A stretch of 18,070 nt of DNA from positions 1 to 18,070 of IMG/VR virus record IMGVR_UViG_2660238548_000002; one strand, given 5' to 3'. Positions 15,469 through 18,070 of this stretch are shown here, in pieces. This DNA is from a virus. Taxonomy: Duplodnaviria > Heunggongvirae > Uroviricota > Caudoviricetes. The first letter of the stretch is position 1. Each line of letters starts with the position of its first letter. The notes beneath the pieces were generated by a model that saw nothing but the letters and a program-made list of their open reading frames with translations, searched no databases and was not told the DNA's origin. Position numbers and translations under genes: made by a program.

Positions 15469-16053
15469 ATGAAAAGTATCCAGGACGTCCGCAGGCAAAA
15501 TCTCAACGACTTGATCGACCGTGAATTCAATGGTGTTCAGACGCGGATGGCAGAAAAACTTGGAACTCAGGCAAATCTGGTAAACCGCTGGGCTCTTGGC
15601 AAGAAGGTTATCGGCGACCAGGTTGCGCGAAAAATTGAAGCTGCCGCCAATAAACCCCGTAACTGGCTTGATATCGATCGCTCGCTTTCTCAGGAGGGGT
15701 TTCAGCCTGTCGGCCCAAGCGACATTGGTCAGCTGGCGGCTCACAACCTGGAACGCTGGATGAGCGAAAGCCGCGACCTTTCAACACAGGGAAAACTTCA
15801 CCGCGCATCCGGCGTCGCCCAGGTGACAATCAGCCGCCTGTTAAACAATGAGGTCAGTGTTTCCATTTCCACCCTGGAGAATGTTGCATCCGCATTCGGG
15901 CGTCACGGATATGAACTACTGATTCACCCGCACGACCCTGCGACTATCAACTATGACCGCTCGCGCTACGCATTGTTACCCGAAACCGAGAAAGCAAAGA
16001 TCGAAAGTTACATTGAATTTGTCATCAACCAGAACGAAAAAAACAAACAATAA
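15469..16053 (+). CDS. CI-like repressor with two HTH (XRE-type) domains and no S24 peptidase domain (194 aa)
   Basis: Two HTH-like segments (residues about 20..60 and 95..150). Divergent from cro and followed by a strong terminator. Confidence 0.65.
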   Translation: MKSIQDVRRQNLNDLIDREFNGVQTRMAEKLGTQANLVNRWALGKKVIGDQVARKIEAAANKPRNWLDIDRSLSQEGFQPVGPSDIGQLAAHNLERWMSESRDLSTQGKLHRASGVAQVTISRLLNNEVSVSISTLENVASAFGRHGYELLIHPHDPATINYDRSRYALLPETEKAKIESYIEFVINQNEKNKQ

Positions 16054-16075
16054 AATCATATTTTTCAGTAAGTAA

Positions 16076-16097
16076 GCCGCCTTCTGGCGGCTTTTTT
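16076..16097 (+). terminator. Intrinsic terminator after the repressor gene
   Basis: GCCGCC-TTCT-GGCGGC followed by TTTTTT. Confidence 0.85.
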
Positions 16098-16110
16098 ATT
16101 GCCTGTTCAA

Positions 16111-16187
16111 TTACCTAATGGGTAATTTTTTTAACTCATATCTATTGACATCAAACCAGATACGCATAATTATTACCTAAACGGTAA
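16111..16187 (+). promoter_or_regulatory. pL-like early promoter (TTGACA at 16145..16150) flanked by two perfect TTACC-N5-GGTAA operators (16111..16125 and 16173..16187)
   Basis: Perfect -35 hexamer and AT-rich -10 region; one operator upstream and one overlapping the start region, upstream of the + strand early genes. Confidence 0.55.
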
Positions 16188-16206
16188 CAGACCGAGGTAA
16201 CAAGTT

Positions 16207-16359
16207 ATGCAGTGGAAAATCATCAACGGTTGGTACTGCGTTACTGCATGCGGATTCATGAGCTGGAAGTTCCGCACCTTACAGGAAGGCATTAAGTGGG
16301 CTTTCGTCAGCAAAGAAGCTCGCGATGTGGCCAACGATAACGAGATATGGGAGGGATGA
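16207..16359 (+). CDS. Small Trp/Cys-rich protein (50 aa), first ORF of the leftward-equivalent early operon
   Basis: ATG at 16207 with GAGG upstream; below the ORF-track size cutoff, translated by hand as MQWKIINGWYCVTACGFMSWKF... Confidence 0.35.
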   Translation: MQWKIINGWYCVTACGFMSWKFRTLQEGIKWAFVSKEARDVANDNEIWEG

Positions 16360-16361
16360 TA

Positions 16362-16661
16362 ATGAACGTTAATCAGCAGAAAAATCTTCAAAAAATCATG
16401 CTGGCATTCGACAAGGACTACCGCCTGTCAGAACAGCTATATGACCGACAAGTTGAACTGATTGAGAGTATCCGGCTTCACCAACTGGCCTCAACTTTCG
16501 ACGTTGTAACAGGCAAAGGCGTTCGTCAGGAAGTGCTGGAGGCTGCTAAAGACAGCCCTGAGTTCGAAGAACTGATGGATGCCTACCGGCGCGAGGCAAT
16601 GGCAATTATCGCCCGCTGGGATCTGGCGGATCGGATTGATGGGCAGAGGGAAGCGGCATGA
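16362..16661 (+). CDS. Hypothetical early protein (99 aa)
   Basis: ATG at 16362 with GGAGGG 6 nt upstream; stop overlaps the exonuclease start (ATGA). The listed ORF starts at 16347. Confidence 0.55.
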   Translation: MNVNQQKNLQKIMLAFDKDYRLSEQLYDRQVELIESIRLHQLASTFDVVTGKGVRQEVLEAAKDSPEFEELMDAYRREAMAIIARWDLADRIDGQREAA

Positions 16662-17557
16662 TGCAGAACGCTGGAATCATGGATAGAACAAAATACATCG
16701 GAGGAAGCGATGTTGCAGGGATTCTTGGAATTAGCCCATGGCGCACCCCGCTTGAGGTTTATCTGGATAAGGTCAAGCCACGTGTCAAACCAGTAGACCC
16801 AAGCAAGCAGAAAGTTTTCACGCGTGGCCAGCGTATGGAGCCATACGTAATAGACCTGCTTTCTGAGGAAACAGGGATGGAAATCGTTCATCGCGGAAAC
16901 CGCTATATCCACCGTGATTACGATTTTATTGCAGCTGAGATCGATGCAGAAGCAGCGTCAGGCGAGAACATTGAGATCAAAACAGTTAGTCCGTTCAAAG
17001 CCAAAGAATGGGGAGAAATCCAGACAGATGCAATTCCTGTGCATTACACGGCCCAGGCCATGCACGGGTTGATGGTTACAAACAAACAGGCATGCGTTTT
17101 CGGTGTGCTTATCGGTGGTGACGACTTCCGAATCTATCGGGTTGAGCGTGATGAAGAAACTATCCAGGCGATCTTAGAAAAAGAAATCGCTTTCTGGGAC
17201 CGAGTGAAAAATCTTAACCCGCCGGAAGCTACCAGCGTAAGCGATGTATCGCTGATGTTTGAGAAAGATGCCGGGACAAGTATCGAGGCTGACGGAAAGG
17301 CACTCGCACTATTCAACGATCTACGAGACATGAAGTCACGCAGAAAATCACTGGAAGAAGAAATAGCTATATCAGAAGAGAAGCTGAAGATGTACATGCA
17401 AGAGCACTCAGTCCTGACCCTGGACGGAAAGCCGCTCTGCACATGGAAATCTCAGATCAGCAACAGATTCGACCAGAAGCTATTCCAGTCAGTACACCCT
17501 GAGTTATTCGAAAAATTCAAAACAACAACGACACAACGCGTCTTCAGAATGAAGTAA
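16658..17557 (+). CDS. YqaJ-type viral recombination exonuclease
   Basis: N-terminal YIGGSDVAGILGISPWRTPLEVY matches the YqaJ signature. Immediately upstream of a RecT-family gene. Confidence 0.8.
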   Translation: MMQNAGIMDRTKYIGGSDVAGILGISPWRTPLEVYLDKVKPRVKPVDPSKQKVFTRGQRMEPYVIDLLSEETGMEIVHRGNRYIHRDYDFIAAEIDAEAASGENIEIKTVSPFKAKEWGEIQTDAIPVHYTAQAMHGLMVTNKQACVFGVLIGGDDFRIYRVERDEETIQAILEKEIAFWDRVKNLNPPEATSVSDVSLMFEKDAGTSIEADGKALALFNDLRDMKSRRKSLEEEIAISEEKLKMYMQEHSVLTLDGKPLCTWKSQISNRFDQKLFQSVHPELFEKFKTTTTQRVFRMK

Positions 17558-17566
17558 GGAGAAAAA

Positions 17567-17983
17567 ATGTCTATCAATGCACTTAAGGCAGCGGCTACCG
17601 GTAACCAAGTTGCACATCATAATGAGAAACCAACAACTCTGGCCGGACTTCTGGCAGACCCAAAAATTAAAGCTCAGATGGCTTTGGCACTTCCAAAGCA
17701 CATGACAGCAGACCGTCTGGCGCGCATAGCAACCACAGAGATCCGAAAGGTTCCAAAACTTGCATCATGCGACCAAGCCAGCTTCCTGGGGGCAATTATG
17801 CAATGTGCCCAATTGGGTCTTGAACCAGGCGGAGCTCTTGGACACGCTTACCTGATACCGTTCGACAAACGCCAGAAAGTAAATGGAAGATGGGAAACCG
17901 TATCTACAGAAGCACAGCTGATTATCGGCTATCGCGGAATGATTGAACCGCCCCGGGTTTCCTGGAGAGTATTTTATCTGTGA
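17567..17983 (+). CDS. RecT-family single-strand annealing protein, C-terminally truncated (138 aa; last ~13 codons read from unrelated repeat sequence)
   Basis: Strong RBS TAAGGAG. LGAIMQCAQLGLEPG...AYLIPF...IIGYRGMI are RecT-like, but homologs are about 270 aa. The reading frame leaves RecT-like sequence at about 17943 where the inverted repeat begins. Confidence 0.65.
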   Translation: MSINALKAAATGNQVAHHNEKPTTLAGLLADPKIKAQMALALPKHMTADRLARIATTEIRKVPKLASCDQASFLGAIMQCAQLGLEPGGALGHAYLIPFDKRQKVNGRWETVSTEAQLIIGYRGMIEPPRVSWRVFYL

Positions 17984-18070
17984 ACTCAGGCTGCCAGATC
18001 ATTATTTCCGATGGAAGCATAATAAGCTTTTTCTGCTTCTGCCGGAGGAATATGGCCCAGCCTTTCCAGC
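17944..18070. repeat. Right copy of the ~127-bp inverted repeat (reverse complement of 1..127)
   Basis: Direct comparison with the window start; contains an RBS and ATG at 18052. Confidence 0.85.
18052..18070 (+). CDS. 5' fragment (MAQPFQ...) of an outward-reading gene homologous to the one at the window start
   Basis: ATG at 18052 preceded by GGAGG. Parallels the MTQPSQ start at 19..1 on the minus strand. Confidence 0.3.

Noticed and set aside
1-18070. Whole window as a linear element with terminal inverted repeats (tectivirus-like or phi29-like)
   Set aside because: The gene content is lambdoid (O/P replication, terminase) with no protein-primed polymerase, the repeats are only about 93% identical, and genes read outward through them beyond the window.

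Overview
The window is prophage-derived DNA from a temperate enterobacterial-type phage, with most genes on the minus strand. From right to left it carries a lambda-like immunity and replication module (a two-HTH CI-like repressor on the + strand, a divergent Cro-like gene, an O-like initiator with in-gene iterons and a lambda P-like helicase loader), then a block of small accessory genes including a free-standing HNH endonuclease, then TerS/TerL, then a T7-like head module (portal, scaffold, major capsid, gp11-like adaptor). Between terL and portal sits an oppositely oriented, AT-rich accessory island: a promoter with an operator-like palindrome, a hairpin-rich noncoding stretch, tRNA-Arg(UCU), stacked intrinsic terminators and an orphan 246-aa two-TM/coiled-coil protein that is rich in AGA/AGG codons. 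On the + strand at the right end is a pL-like early operon with a YqaJ-type exonuclease and a RecT-family gene that is truncated at a rearrangement junction. The first ~127 bp and last ~127 bp of the window are diverged inverted copies of each other. A palindrome TTACC-N5-GGTAA recurs at the immunity promoters and at several other promoters. All functional calls rest on reading the translations and recalled family motifs; no database search was run.
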